Notes: a model not told the origin generated them from the sequence alone. A stretch of 24,000 bases of DNA from an uncultured Bacteroides sp. (GCA_944321495.1 CALULP010000045.1:1-24000), one strand, 5' to 3'; shown: positions 13,660 through 24,000, counted from the stretch's first letter. Numbers and translations are program-made.

Positions 13660-16649
13660 ATGAAAAAGCTTTTATCGGTTTTGTTTATGTTGAGCTTGAC
13701 CTTAGCTTCCGTGTATGCGCAGAACATACAGGTAAAAGGTACAGTGGTGAGCGGGACGGACAATGGCCCCTTGCCAGGTGTAAATGTCGTGTTGAAAGGC
13801 AACACGAGTGTGGGAACCATTACCGACATCGACGGTAATTTCAGCCTTTCGGTTCCTTCCGATGCGGTGCTTACCATCTCCTACATCGGCTTTGTGACGC
13901 AAGATGTGCCCGTGAACGGGCAGACCGCGTTGAACATTTCCTTGGCGGAGGATAATGAAACGCTGGATGAAGTGGTGGTCATCGGTTATGGTACGGCAAG
14001 GAAAAGCGACTTGACGGGTTCTTTGTCTTCGGTGAGCAGCGATTCTTACGAGAACCAGAATGTGACCCGTATCGACGAGGCCCTGCAAGGCCGTGCAGCC
14101 GGTATCCAGATTTCGAATACGGTAGGTGCCCCCGGCGGTGACGTGCGTATCCGTATCCGTGGCGCCAACTCCGTGTTGGGCGACAACAGCCCGTTGTTTG
14201 TCATCGACGGTTTCGTAGGTGCCGATTTCAACCTGCTGAACCCTAACGACATCCAGTCCATCGAAGTGCTGAAGGACGCTACGGTTCACGTGGCGCCAAC
14301 GGCGTTGTCCTGGTCACTACCAAGAGCGGCAACAAGGACGGCAAGGTGACGGTGAGCTACCAGGGAAGCGTGTCTATTTCCAATCAGATTAAGAAGTACG
14401 ACATGTTGAGCGCCGGCGATTATGCCACCATCGTAAACGAATATGATCAGGCTATGGGTGTCACGAACCTGAAGTTTACGTCGGACGAGATTGACGAATT
14501 CTACCGCACCGGCGGTTTCGATTACAACGACGCGGTGTTCCGCACGGCAATCTCCAACCAGCACCAGTTGAGCATCTCGGGCGGTACGGAGAAAACGCAG
14601 TACCGTGTGTCCGGCAACTTCTTGAATATGGAAGGCATTGTGCGCGAGTCGGGCTTTAAGCGTTACACCATCCGCGCCAACGTCAATACGCAGGTCAACA
14701 AGAGGTTGTCGTTCCGTTTCAATGCCAACGGCACGTATAGCGACGGCCGCAACAACCAGTCGCGCACCGGTGCCGGCAACCCCGTGGTGCAGGCTATGGC
14801 TTGGGCGCCGACGACCAACCCGTATGACGGCAACGGCGGATATACGATGTCCGACCCTACCGGTTCTATCAAGACCAATCCGTTGGCTTTGATATACGAC
14901 ACGGAGAACCTGCGTTCGCGCACGTTTGTCAACGTGATGGCAGGCGCACGTTATGAGATTATCGACGGCTTGAGCCTCGATTTCCAGGGAGCTGCCGACT
15001 TGGGCTTCTACAACAACAAGACCTGGAGCGGCAACTATGCCTCCAACAACACGCCGAGCGCTTCGAAGACCAACAACCAGGCCGTGACGTTGCAGACCAC
15101 CACGCAGCTGTCTTACGACCGCACGTTTAAGGATATCCACCACATCAACGCCGTGGTAGCCCTGGAAACCCAGAAGTATCAGTGGGAATCGTTGAACGGC
15201 AGTGCATCCAACCTGAAGTTCCCCGATTTGAAGTACGACAACCTGGCGCAGGCCGCATCCAATTCTACAGGTTCGGATTATTCCATGTGGGCCTTGCTGT
15301 CCTACCTGGGCCGTGTCAACTATACGTTGATGGACAAGTACCTGTTCTCAGTATCGGTACGTCGCGACGGTTCTTCTAAGTTTGCCAAGGGCAACCGCTT
15401 CAGTACGTTCCCCGCATTTGCTGTGGCCTGGAATTTGGGTAATGAGGAATTTGTCCAGAACCTGAACGTGTTCGACAAACTGAAACTGCGTGCCAGCTGG
15501 GGCCTCACGGGTAGCCAGGCCATCTCGCCTTACGCTACGTTGGCTACCTATAGCGATATTAACTTCCCCTTCACTACGGCTTCCCGTACCAACGGTATCC
15601 GCATGGGTAATCCCGGCAATACGGACCTGAAGTGGGAAACCACCAAGCAGCTTGACTTGGGTATCGAGTTGGGCTTCTTCAACAACCGCCTGAACATTGA
15701 GTTCGACTACTTCCAGAAGCACACGAGCGACTTGCTGCTGAACAAGACAGTGCCTTATTTCCTGGGTAGCGGCAGCATTGTTTCCAACGTGGGCGATATC
15801 GAGAACAAGGGTATCGAATTCAACATCACGGCCAACATTATTTCGACCAAGGATTGGGGTTGGGAAAGCACGTTCAACTTCTCATCGGTGAAGAACGAGG
15901 TGACCAACCTGGGTGGCGAGACCCGCATCTTTGACTACACGGACGTGACCGGTCTGAACGGCCAGCCTTCCTTTGTTTACCAGGTCGGCGAGTCACTGGG
16001 CTCTTTGTGGGGCTTGAAGTACTTGGGACCGTGGCGCGAAGACCAGGCTGCGGAGGCTGCCAAGTATGGTTGCAAACCGGGCGATGCGCGGTATGAGGAC
16101 GTGGATAACAGTTATACGATAGACGGTTCCGATTACCAGATTATCGGTTGCGGTATGCCGAAGTACTCGTTGGGTTGGAACAATACGGTAACATACAAGG
16201 GCTTTACGCTGAATGCTTTCTTCCAAGGCTCTTTCGGTGCCGATAAGATGAACTTCACGCGTGCCATGCACCTGATGGGCGACCGTGATGCCCGCTATGC
16301 CACTTTGGCCGAAATCAAAGACCGTTACCAGCCCGGAAATGAAAATGCCTGGCTGCCGGCATGGAGCACCAGCAGTAAGTGGGAGCCCCAGTCTACGCTG
16401 TTCATGGAGAATGCCAACTATCTGCGTTTGAAGAACCTGAGCCTGAGCTACGACTTCAAGGTGAAGAATCTGGCAGACTTCAGGGTTTCCGTAAGTGCGA
16501 CCAACTTGTTCACCATCACCAAGTATAAGGGAATCGACCCCGAATCGAGCAACGTGGGCGGTGGCGCTTCCGACGTTCAGCAGGGTGTGGACTATGGTGC
16601 TTACCCCAACTCCAAGACGTACACCATCGGGCTTAACATCACCTTCTGA
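13660..16649 (+). pseudogene. susC: SusC/RagA-type TonB-dependent outer-membrane transporter, interrupted by a frameshift near 14281-14285 (or an assembly error)
   Basis: The N-terminal signal peptide and carboxypeptidase-regulatory-like domain (IQVKGTVVSGTDNGPLPGVNVVLKG...DGNFSL) fit SusC. The plug motif starts as IQSIEVLKDAT in frame 1 and continues as GSRGANGVVLVTTKSGNKDGKV only in another frame. The C-terminus ends with the ...YTIGLNITF beta-barrel terminal motif. The ORF track splits it into 13660-14349 and 14346-16649. Confidence 0.85.
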
Positions 16650-16696
16650 TGACAGGGAGATGCCTATTGTTGAATCATTTTAAATTAAAAGATGTC

Positions 16697-18181
16697 ATGA
16701 AAAAGAATTTTGTAATATATGCATGTGCTGCCTTGGCACTGTGCGGACAGACAGCTTGTTCCGACTTCTTGGAAGAAGACACCCGAGGCAAAGTATTCAG
16801 TAATGTATTGGCCGAGCAGAGCGGGCTGGAATCGGCGCTGACGGGCGCCTACACCGGCTGGAGTTCGACGTGGGCTTACGGCTTCACCAACGGTTGGGCC
16901 ACCGAGACGACCCTCGGCGGCGACGACCTGACCTGCCCTCCCGGCACGGGCAATACCCAGGAGTTTGACCGTTTCGACGTGAAGGATACGAACTCAAGTA
17001 TTCCTTCCGTTTTCCAGGGCTGCTACAAGGCCATCCAGGGTGCCAACAACGTACTTGAGAATTACCAGTCGTGCAGCGGCGACCCTGCCGTGATTGAGCA
17101 GATTGCCGCCGAGGCCTTGTTTATCCGTGCCGCAAGCTATTTCTGGTTGGTAAGGATGCACGGCGAAGTGCCCTTGGTGTTGAGTTCGGAGTACAACGAA
17201 GCCAATGTCACCATGGAGAAAGCTACGGTAAGAGCTATATACGACCGGATTGAGCGAGACCTGACCGATGCCATCAAAGTCCTTCCCGATGCACGCCGGA
17301 ACGGTGAGGACGGGCGTCCCAACAAAGGCACGGCTTTGGCTTTGTTGGCCGAGGTGTACTTGGCCGAGGCCGGTTGGCCCTTGAAGGAAACCGATAAATA
17401 TTCGCTGGCCGCTTCTACCGCCAAGCAGGTGCTGGACAACCGCGCCTTGTATGGCTTCGATTTTGAAGATTCGTATGACGTGTTGTACGGTAATGACGAA
17501 TCCGACCCCAATATCATCAACAAGGAGGACATCTGGGTTATCCCTTGCAACCGTTCTACCGGCCACGGCAACGCCATGTATGCTTATTGGGCTTATCCCG
17601 GCGAAATTGGCGGTTGGGATGTAGTGTTTGCCGAACTGACGTTCTACAATGAGTTCCCCGAAGGTCCCCGCAAGGATGCCACGTTTGCTCTTGAGTTTAC
17701 TTCGCAGGACGGTACGCATTTCACCTGGCAGCAACTGGCCAATCCGCGTCCGTATTACCGGAAGCTGATGCAGGACCCGGCGTCTTCGAACTTCTTTAAT
17801 TCGGAATCGAACATCCCCATGCGCATGTTGCGCTTTAGCCAGACCGCGTTGACTTATGCCGAGGCCAAGGCACGTTCGGGCGAAGGCGTGGACGCGTTGG
17901 CTTACGAATGTCTGAACACCATCCGCACACGTGCGGGGCTGCCCACTTACAGCGGCCTGTCGGCTGAAGACTTTGCCAACAAGTGTGTAGACGAGCGCGC
18001 CTGGGAATTGTGCGGCGAACGTGTCCGCTGGTTCGACCTCGTGCGCCTGGAGATTCTGGCCGATGTTGTGGCCAAGAGAGACCCCGCAGACAATCCGCCG
18101 ATTAATGCCATTACGGAAGATGTTTACCTCTTCCCGATTCCCGAGCATGACGGTTTGTTGAACCCGAGTCTGAATAATTGA
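16697..18181 (+). CDS. susD: SusD/RagB-family nutrient-binding outer-membrane lipoprotein (494 aa from the ATG at 16697)
   Basis: It lies immediately downstream of susC. The lipoprotein signal is MKKNFVIYACAALALCGQTACSDFLEE (SusD-typical C-S/D-D-F-L-E). TPR-like helical content is present, and the C-terminal part RWFDLVRL...FPIP is typical of SusD (PF07980). Confidence 0.9.
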   Translation: MKKNFVIYACAALALCGQTACSDFLEEDTRGKVFSNVLAEQSGLESALTGAYTGWSSTWAYGFTNGWATETTLGGDDLTCPPGTGNTQEFDRFDVKDTNSSIPSVFQGCYKAIQGANNVLENYQSCSGDPAVIEQIAAEALFIRAASYFWLVRMHGEVPLVLSSEYNEANVTMEKATVRAIYDRIERDLTDAIKVLPDARRNGEDGRPNKGTALALLAEVYLAEAGWPLKETDKYSLAASTAKQVLDNRALYGFDFEDSYDVLYGNDESDPNIINKEDIWVIPCNRSTGHGNAMYAYWAYPGEIGGWDVVFAELTFYNEFPEGPRKDATFALEFTSQDGTHFTWQQLANPRPYYRKLMQDPASSNFFNSESNIPMRMLRFSQTALTYAEAKARSGEGVDALAYECLNTIRTRAGLPTYSGLSAEDFANKCVDERAWELCGERVRWFDLVRLEILADVVAKRDPADNPPINAITEDVYLFPIPEHDGLLNPSLNN

Positions 18182-18332
18182 TTTGTTTTCGGGATATCCT
18201 GTACTTCATGCATGGAGCCTGCACGGCCCTGTGCATGGGGTGCAGGAAATCTTGTATCCACGAAAGGACAGATTCCTGAACAAATTCATATTTTTTATCC
18301 AAATAGTTTTTCTTTATTTCAAGCAATTCACT

Positions 18333-18340
18333 ACTTTTGT
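18333..18340 (+). promoter_or_regulatory. Candidate -7 box TACTTTTG (a second match, TAACTTTG, lies at 18356-18363) upstream of the 1092-aa gene
   Basis: Both are exact TAnnTTTG matches in the 247-nt susD-downstream intergenic region. Which one, if either, is used cannot be told from sequence. Confidence 0.3.
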
Positions 18341-18428
18341 AATAAATCTTAGGCTTAACTTTGATTTGGCTTGCAAGAAAGAACTATTGGGGTAGTAAAG
18401 TAGCAGTTCTTTAATTTATTAATATGCC

Positions 18429-21400
18429 ATGAATAAGTCGATTTTAATGTGTTTGTCTTTGGTTTGCGCCTTGCCCTTGTGCGCGCAAACGAAAAGCGAA
18501 GTGAAACTGGAGGAAAAAGAGTACTCCGTTCCTTCTTACCGGCAGGACGCCCCCAATGTGATGCCGCGTTTTTATGAGGGGAGAAGCCACCAAGGCGTGC
18601 AGCGCCGTATTTATCCTTACCCGTTTGACGACGGATTGACGCAGGACCGGCGTGAAGTAGCTCATCCCATGATTCACATGGAGAACGAGTACATCGACCT
18701 TGCCATCAGCACCGAGCTGGGCGGGCGCGTGTACTATGCGGACGACAAGACGAATGACTACAACTACCTTTACCATAACCATGTTGTGAAACCCTCGCTG
18801 ATAGGCATGCTGGGCAACTGGATTTCCGGCAGCCTGGCATGGGGATTCCCGCACCACCATGGTCCCAACACGGTGGAAAACATGGGTTATCAGATTGAAG
18901 AACGGGAAGACGGCAGCAAGACGGTATGGATTCGCAGCTGGGACAGGCTGCACCGCATGGAGGCCGTGGTAGGCTATACCGTGTTCCCGGGTTCTTCCAT
19001 CCTGGAAATGACCATCCATCCGCGCAACCGGACGGCGATTTCCAACTCTTTCCTGTTCTGGTCCAATCCGGCCGTGCATTGCGACTCGGCTTACCAGGTC
19101 ATCTTCCCGCCTTCGGTGAAGTATGTCACTTACCACGGCAAGAACCAGATGACCTCGTGGCCCATTGCAGACAGTTGGTTCAACGGTTATGATTTTACCG
19201 GCATGGACGTCAGCTGGTGGATGAATACCCGCGTGCCCTCCTCCTTCTTCTCGTGGGACCCGAAAGAAGATTACTTCTGCGGGTATGACCACAACAAGGA
19301 AGCCGGCACGGCGTGGATAGGCAACCACTACATCTGCCCGGGCATGAAGTACTGGGCGGACGGCAACAACGCCAACGGCCTGAAGACGAACGAAGGGCTG
19401 ACGGACAACGACGGGCGTTACATCGAGCTGATGGCGGGCTTCTACACGGACAACCAGCCCGACTACAGCTGGCTGCAGCCCTATGAGACAAAAATCGGCA
19501 AGATGGTATGGTTCCCCATCCGTGAACTGGGCGGACTGAAGTATGCCAACCGCAACGGTGCCCTGAACTACTTCATCGAAGGGAATAAACTGGACTACCG
19601 CTTGAACTCTACCTCCCTGTATGAGGGCGCGGAAGCCGTGGTGCTTGCCGGCGGCAAGGAAATCCTGCGCAAGAAGATGGACATCAGTCCCGCCGCTCCG
19701 CAGAAAGTGGAATGCGCCCTTCCGGCAGGTACGGGCGAGAACGACCTGACGTTCCGGCTGCTGGATGCAGGCGGCAAAGTGCTGCTGGAGTATATTCCCA
19801 TCGACCATGTGGTGGAGGATGCCGAACGTCCCGAACCCTTGAAGCCGTTCGCCAAGCCGGAGGAAATGAAGTCCGTGGAGGAACTGTACTTGGCAGGACT
19901 CCGCTTGGAGCAGTTCTACAATGCAAATGTAGACCCGATGCCCTATTACGAGGAAGCCTTGAAACGTGACCCGGAGAATTACGATGTCAACACCCAGTTG
20001 GGCATCCGCAGCATCAAGCGTTACGATTGGGACAGCGCGGAGAAATACCTGCGCACGGCGGTGAAACGGATTACTTCCAACTACACACGTCCCAAAGACG
20101 GGGAGGCCCTGTATTACCTGGGCATCGTGCTGCGTGAGAAAGGCATGTACGAAGAAGCCTACGATTGCTTCTACCGGGCATCCTGGTCGTATGCCTGGCA
20201 TACGGCATCCTACTTCCAGCTGGCTTCCATGGACTGCATGAAGCAGGATTACGTGACGGCGCTGGAGCATGTGGGATTATCTCTCTCCACCAATACCGAC
20301 AACATGCGTGCCGTGGGGCTGAAAACTTATGCGCTGCGCCAGCTCGGCAAGAAGGACGAGGCCAAGGATGTGCTGGTACAAGCTTTAGATACCTGTAAGA
20401 TTGACCTGATGGCGCAGAACGAACTGTACCTCCTGTCGCAGGACGCTTCTGTACTTTCCCAACTGAAGAAATGGATGCTGGACGACGTGCAGCAATACCT
20501 GGAACTGTCCTTTGAATATGCCCAAATGGCTGCTTACGGCGAGGCAACGGCTGTGTTGGAGCGTCTGGCAAACGAGGGCAACACTTATCCCATGCTGTAT
20601 TACACGTTGGGTTATTATGCGGAGAAGCAAGGAAACAAGGATGCTGCCTTGGCTTACTACAAGCAGGCGGCAGGCATGCCTTCCGACTACTGCTATCCGT
20701 TCCGTTGGGAAGATATCACTGTGCTGGAGGCAGCCATGACGATGAATCCGGAAGATGCGAAGGCTCCCTATTACCTGGGCAACCTGTATTTCGAATACCA
20801 GCCCCAGAAGGCAGTTGCCTTGTGGGAGAAATCGTTGGAGCTTGATGACACGTTCTACATCACGTGGCGCAACCTGGCGCTGGCTTATGACAAGGGCGGC
20901 GACAAGGTGAAAGCCCTGGAATACATGAATAAGGCATTTGACTGCAACAATAAGGACGCCCGCCTGCTGTTCGAGCTGGACGAGCTGAACGACGCGAACA
21001 GGCTCAGCCCGGAAGAGAAATACCGGATGCTGAAGAAGAACGAGCGCGTGGTGAAGCAGCGTCCCGAGACGGTGTTGCGCCTGGCCACCCGTGCCATGGA
21101 GGCAGGCCACTATGAGGATGCCATCGACATCATGGACAACAACTTCATCATTGAGTCGGAAGGCGCGCGCGAGCAGCAGGACAACTACCTGAACAGCTAC
21201 CTGGTGCTGGCCATGCAGCAGGCGAAGAAAGGTAGATACGAGGCAGCCAACCGTAACCTGGACAAAGCCCTTGCTTACCCGATAGGCCTTTACGGACGTT
21301 CAGTCTACGCGAAGATTTATTATACGGCAGGCATGGTGGCCCAACGCCAGGGTGACGAGGCCAAGGCGAAGGATATGTTCAACCAGGCTGTGGAGGTCAA

Positions 21401-21707
21401 TGCCGACAGGGACACGGAGGCCGTTTACTACCGGGCAATGGCTTTGAAGGAGTTGGGTAAGGACGCAGAAGCCAAGGCGTTGCTGGAGGGCATACTGGCT
21501 AACCTCGGTAAGGAGTCGGATACCTTCTTCAGTCAGTTTGGCGGTAGCAGTGATCTTGACACGAAGAAGTCAGAGAACCTGTATTTCGAAGGCTTGGCCA
21601 ACGAAGGCCTGGGCAACAAGGATGTTGCCAAGCAGAAGTATCGGGAAGCTTTGAAACTGAATCCTGCCAACGTATGGAGCAAAGTTCATTTGGAGTTTAT
21701 TGAATAA
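18429..21707 (+). CDS. Large secreted protein (1092 aa): N-terminal DUF5107-like domain plus C-terminal TPR repeats
   Basis: The signal peptide is MNKSILMCLSLVCALPLCAQ. The C-terminal ~600 aa is rich in TPR-like A/Y/L repeats (e.g. EALYYLGIVLREKGMYEEAYDCF, AKAPYYLGNLYFEYQ, EAVYYRAMALKELGKDAEAK). The DUF5107 label is from memory of similar Bacteroidales PUL proteins. Confidence 0.6.
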   Translation: MNKSILMCLSLVCALPLCAQTKSEVKLEEKEYSVPSYRQDAPNVMPRFYEGRSHQGVQRRIYPYPFDDGLTQDRREVAHPMIHMENEYIDLAISTELGGRVYYADDKTNDYNYLYHNHVVKPSLIGMLGNWISGSLAWGFPHHHGPNTVENMGYQIEEREDGSKTVWIRSWDRLHRMEAVVGYTVFPGSSILEMTIHPRNRTAISNSFLFWSNPAVHCDSAYQVIFPPSVKYVTYHGKNQMTSWPIADSWFNGYDFTGMDVSWWMNTRVPSSFFSWDPKEDYFCGYDHNKEAGTAWIGNHYICPGMKYWADGNNANGLKTNEGLTDNDGRYIELMAGFYTDNQPDYSWLQPYETKIGKMVWFPIRELGGLKYANRNGALNYFIEGNKLDYRLNSTSLYEGAEAVVLAGGKEILRKKMDISPAAPQKVECALPAGTGENDLTFRLLDAGGKVLLEYIPIDHVVEDAERPEPLKPFAKPEEMKSVEELYLAGLRLEQFYNANVDPMPYYEEALKRDPENYDVNTQLGIRSIKRYDWDSAEKYLRTAVKRITSNYTRPKDGEALYYLGIVLREKGMYEEAYDCFYRASWSYAWHTASYFQLASMDCMKQDYVTALEHVGLSLSTNTDNMRAVGLKTYALRQLGKKDEAKDVLVQALDTCKIDLMAQNELYLLSQDASVLSQLKKWMLDDVQQYLELSFEYAQMAAYGEATAVLERLANEGNTYPMLYYTLGYYAEKQGNKDAALAYYKQAAGMPSDYCYPFRWEDITVLEAAMTMNPEDAKAPYYLGNLYFEYQPQKAVALWEKSLELDDTFYITWRNLALAYDKGGDKVKALEYMNKAFDCNNKDARLLFELDELNDANRLSPEEKYRMLKKNERVVKQRPETVLRLATRAMEAGHYEDAIDIMDNNFIIESEGAREQQDNYLNSYLVLAMQQAKKGRYEAANRNLDKALAYPIGLYGRSVYAKIYYTAGMVAQRQGDEAKAKDMFNQAVEVNADRDTEAVYYRAMALKELGKDAEAKALLEGILANLGKESDTFFSQFGGSSDLDTKKSENLYFEGLANEGLGNKDVAKQKYREALKLNPANVWSKVHLEFIE

Positions 21708-21716
21708 GGACTTTTT

Positions 21717-21752
21717 CCCGGAGAGGGAGGACGTTGGTTGTCCTTCTCCGGG
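21717..21752 (+). terminator. Intrinsic terminator-like hairpin after the 1092-aa gene
   Basis: cccggagagggaggac (21717-21732) pairs with gtccttctccggg (21740-21752) with a small bulge, followed by the T-rich attcttattcc. Confidence 0.5.
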
Positions 21753-21798
21753 ATTCTTATTCCTATTCTATATTGTCGTAAATTAAATCTATTTGAGT

Positions 21799-23745
21799 AT
21801 GAAAAAACTTTTTAGCAGTGTCCTGATTGCAGTAGGCTGTCTATGCAGCTGTTCGCAGGCTCCGAAGGATTTCCAAATTCAGTTTGACAACACGAAAGAG
21901 GTTTCCGGGCAGAAGTTTGCGTTGAAGGACGTCAGTCCGGGGCTTCCGGCAGACTGGGATGGGTATAACTATGTGGTGGTTGAGTTTAAAATCAGTACGG
22001 CTCAGCGTTTCCATATAGGATTTACTACCGCTACCGGTTACAATGAGCTTCGTATCATGTCATACGTTCCGAATGCATGGAACAAGCTGGCAATTCCTTT
22101 GAAGTATTTTACGGAACTTCCCGACCCGGCTGTCGATTTGGCGGCCACGAACAACCATGCCCGTTATACCGGGTGGATTAATCTGGGCGGCAAGCGTGGA
22201 CCGATGCATCAAGTGGATTCTATCGGGATAAGGATGCGGAAACCTATCGGGAATCCTACGTTTGAATTGCGCTCGGTATCGTTGTCCGTGGACGACCCCG
22301 GGGATGTCTATATGGGCGAACAGCCTGCTGTGGATGAATTCGGGCAGTCGAACTTAGTGGAATGGCCGGGAAAAATCCATTCGTTGGAAGAATTGCAGCA
22401 GGCTTGGAAGGCTGAAGACGCTGAACCTGCTTCGACGGAGGCTTACAATTATTCCAAGTTCGGCGGTTATAAGCAGCAGCGTGTAAAGGCTACAGGCTTC
22501 TTCCGGACGGAGAAAATAGATGGCCGCTGGTGGTTTGTCGACCCGGAAGGTTACCTGTTCCTTTCGGTAGGAGTGGATTGCGTGGAACTGGGTAACGGGT
22601 TGCAGGTACGTGCCTACGACAAACGTCCTTCCATGTATAAGGAACTTCCGCCTGCCGAAGTGATGGAAAAAATGGGTAGTGTGGACCGCCAGGGTAATGT
22701 GAACTATTCATACGGTTTGTGGAACTTGTACCGCCGTTATGGGGATGACTTCAAGGCAAAAGCAAGTGAAATGGTGTTCAAACGCATGGACAAATGGGGA
22801 TTGAATACCATAGCCAACTGGTCGAGCCGTGACCTGATGCTGATGAATAAGAAGGCTTTCCTGGTACCGCTTTCCGGAGTGGGCATTTCACACGACCTGA
22901 TGGGGCTTTGCGACATCTATGATCCGTCTTTTGAACAGATGATAGATGAAAATTTGGCAAAGTTTGTGGCTCCTTTCAAGGGAAATCCTTGGCTGATAGG
23001 CTATTTTATAGGTAACGAACCTGCATGGCTGGATCAGGAAGCCCGTCTTTGCGGCATTATCCTGGAAGGTGAGGACCGTCCCATCAAGAAGGCTTTGCAA
23101 AAATATTTGGAGAAGAACGGCGATACGGAGGAAAGCCGTAAGTCGTTTGTCATAGAAACTTTCAGGGATTTCTTGGTGGCTACGAACAAGGCGCTGAAGA
23201 AGCACGACCCCGACCATTTGAACATGGGTATCCGTTTCGGAAACATCATGGAGCTGGATGAACGGATTCTGAAAGCTTGTGGTGAGGCATTCGACGTATT
23301 CAGCTTTAACTGTTATGATTTGCGTCCCAGCCCCGAGATGATGGATCGGGCCAGCCAGTTTACGGGGCTGCCTATGATTATCGGCGAATATCACTTCGGG
23401 ACGGTAGACCGTGGCATGGCCCAGTCGTTGTGGCAGGTGGAGTCGCAGGCACAGCGGGGTGTGGCTTACCGGTACTATACGGAGAATGCTTACGCGCATC
23501 CCGGATTGATAGGTACGGGCTACTTCCAGTGGTGCGACCAAGACCTGACAGGACGTCGTGACGGTGAGAACTACAATTGCGGACTGATTGACGTGACCGA
23601 CAGGCCTTACAAGGAACAGGTGGAGGCCATGATGGAAACGGCCAAGCGTTTGTATGAGGTGCATAAGGGTACGCTTTCCCCGTATGACAAGCAGCCGGTG
23701 AATCCCCGCGGGCACGGGCAGATTCCCGATTTATGGAACGAATAA
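21799..23745 (+). CDS. Lipoprotein glycoside hydrolase, clan GH-A (TIM-barrel) type, with an N-terminal beta-sandwich/CBM-like region (648 aa from the ATG at 21799)
   Basis: The lipoprotein signal is MKKLFSSVLIAVGCLCSCS. The acid/base-type motif GYFIGNEPAW and the nucleophile-type motif PMIIGEYHFG lie ~130 aa apart, as in clan GH-A enzymes. The GH family cannot be assigned by eye. Confidence 0.6.
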   Translation: MKKLFSSVLIAVGCLCSCSQAPKDFQIQFDNTKEVSGQKFALKDVSPGLPADWDGYNYVVVEFKISTAQRFHIGFTTATGYNELRIMSYVPNAWNKLAIPLKYFTELPDPAVDLAATNNHARYTGWINLGGKRGPMHQVDSIGIRMRKPIGNPTFELRSVSLSVDDPGDVYMGEQPAVDEFGQSNLVEWPGKIHSLEELQQAWKAEDAEPASTEAYNYSKFGGYKQQRVKATGFFRTEKIDGRWWFVDPEGYLFLSVGVDCVELGNGLQVRAYDKRPSMYKELPPAEVMEKMGSVDRQGNVNYSYGLWNLYRRYGDDFKAKASEMVFKRMDKWGLNTIANWSSRDLMLMNKKAFLVPLSGVGISHDLMGLCDIYDPSFEQMIDENLAKFVAPFKGNPWLIGYFIGNEPAWLDQEARLCGIILEGEDRPIKKALQKYLEKNGDTEESRKSFVIETFRDFLVATNKALKKHDPDHLNMGIRFGNIMELDERILKACGEAFDVFSFNCYDLRPSPEMMDRASQFTGLPMIIGEYHFGTVDRGMAQSLWQVESQAQRGVAYRYYTENAYAHPGLIGTGYFQWCDQDLTGRRDGENYNCGLIDVTDRPYKEQVEAMMETAKRLYEVHKGTLSPYDKQPVNPRGHGQIPDLWNE

Positions 23746-23769
23746 TAACATAAACTAAAGTATTACACA

Positions 23770-24000
23770 ATGAAATTCAAAGGATTATTTATCACCCTCG
23801 GCCTGTCTGCCATGCTGGCCGGATGCGGTGGCACTGCGATGAACGAAGGAGTGACCGTCAGACAAGAAGGCGGTGCATGGCATGTATATATTGACGGACG
23901 TCCTATGTACATCAATGGCGTGGGCGGAACTAACCGCTTGGATGTGGCTTCGGCGAACGGCGCCAATGCGTTCCGTACTTGGGGCGGAAGTGTGGAGTCC
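23770..24000 (+). CDS. 5' end of a lipoprotein, probably another glycoside hydrolase (runs off the right edge)
   Basis: Translated by hand: MKFKGLFITLGLSAMLAGCGGTAMNEGVTVRQEGGAWHVYIDGRPMYINGVGGTNRLDVASANGANAFRTWGG.... It has a lipobox LAGC, and the 'GANAFRTW' segment resembles the first strand/helix of TIM-barrel hydrolases. The frame is open to nt 24000. Confidence 0.45.
   Translation, partial: MKFKGLFITLGLSAMLAGCGGTAMNEGVTVRQEGGAWHVYIDGRPMYINGVGGTNRLDVASANGANAFRTWGGSVES

Noticed and set aside
13660-14349. Treating 13660-14349 and 14346-16649 as two separate genes
   Set aside because: The conserved plug motif LKDA..GSRGANGV is split exactly across the two frames, and the second ORF's GTG start is an artefact. 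It is one frameshifted SusC gene.
18444-20270. 608-aa minus-strand ORF opposite the DUF5107/TPR gene. Similar long antisense ORFs lie at 16994-18148, 14286-15143, 20385-21110 and 22888-23715.
   Set aside because: All lie antisense to genes with clear signal peptides and family motifs. Their translations are low-complexity (R/H/V/G/Q-rich) with no start context. I treat them as GC-driven shadow ORFs.

Overview
The window looks Bacteroidota-derived. Evidence: a SusC/SusD pair, lipoprotein signal peptides, TAnnTTTG-type -7 promoter boxes and no Shine-Dalgarno sequences. It splits into two compositional blocks.

(1) About nt 270-9420 is a strongly AT-rich accessory or defence island. Hand counts of sample 60-nt lines give about 28% GC there against about 57% in the right-hand block. 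The island follows the 3' end of a gene truncated by the window edge. It carries:
- an HTH regulator plus two beta-class SPPY amino-methyltransferases, then a structured intergenic element with a strong terminator, then a small PD-(D/E)xK-like candidate endonuclease (a Type II-like R-M module);
- an IS982-family insertion sequence of intermediate GC;
- a tightly coupled four-gene operon of KAP P-loop NTPase, unknown protein, QueC-like PP-loop protein and TatD hydrolase. This matches the QatABCD anti-phage system (described in 2020, mechanism largely unresolved). It is my top candidate for the system of interest.

(2) About nt 9690-24000 is GC-rich, host-like DNA. It carries a small lipoprotein, an 812-aa RecQ-like helicase with a long unassigned C-terminal half, a convergent GNAT acetyltransferase, and a polysaccharide-utilisation-type locus. 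That locus has SusC (frameshifted inside the plug motif), SusD, a DUF5107/TPR-like 1092-aa protein, a clan GH-A-type glycoside hydrolase, and the 5' end of another lipoprotein hydrolase.

No rRNA, tRNA or CRISPR array was found. All family assignments come from motifs read by eye. No database search was possible.
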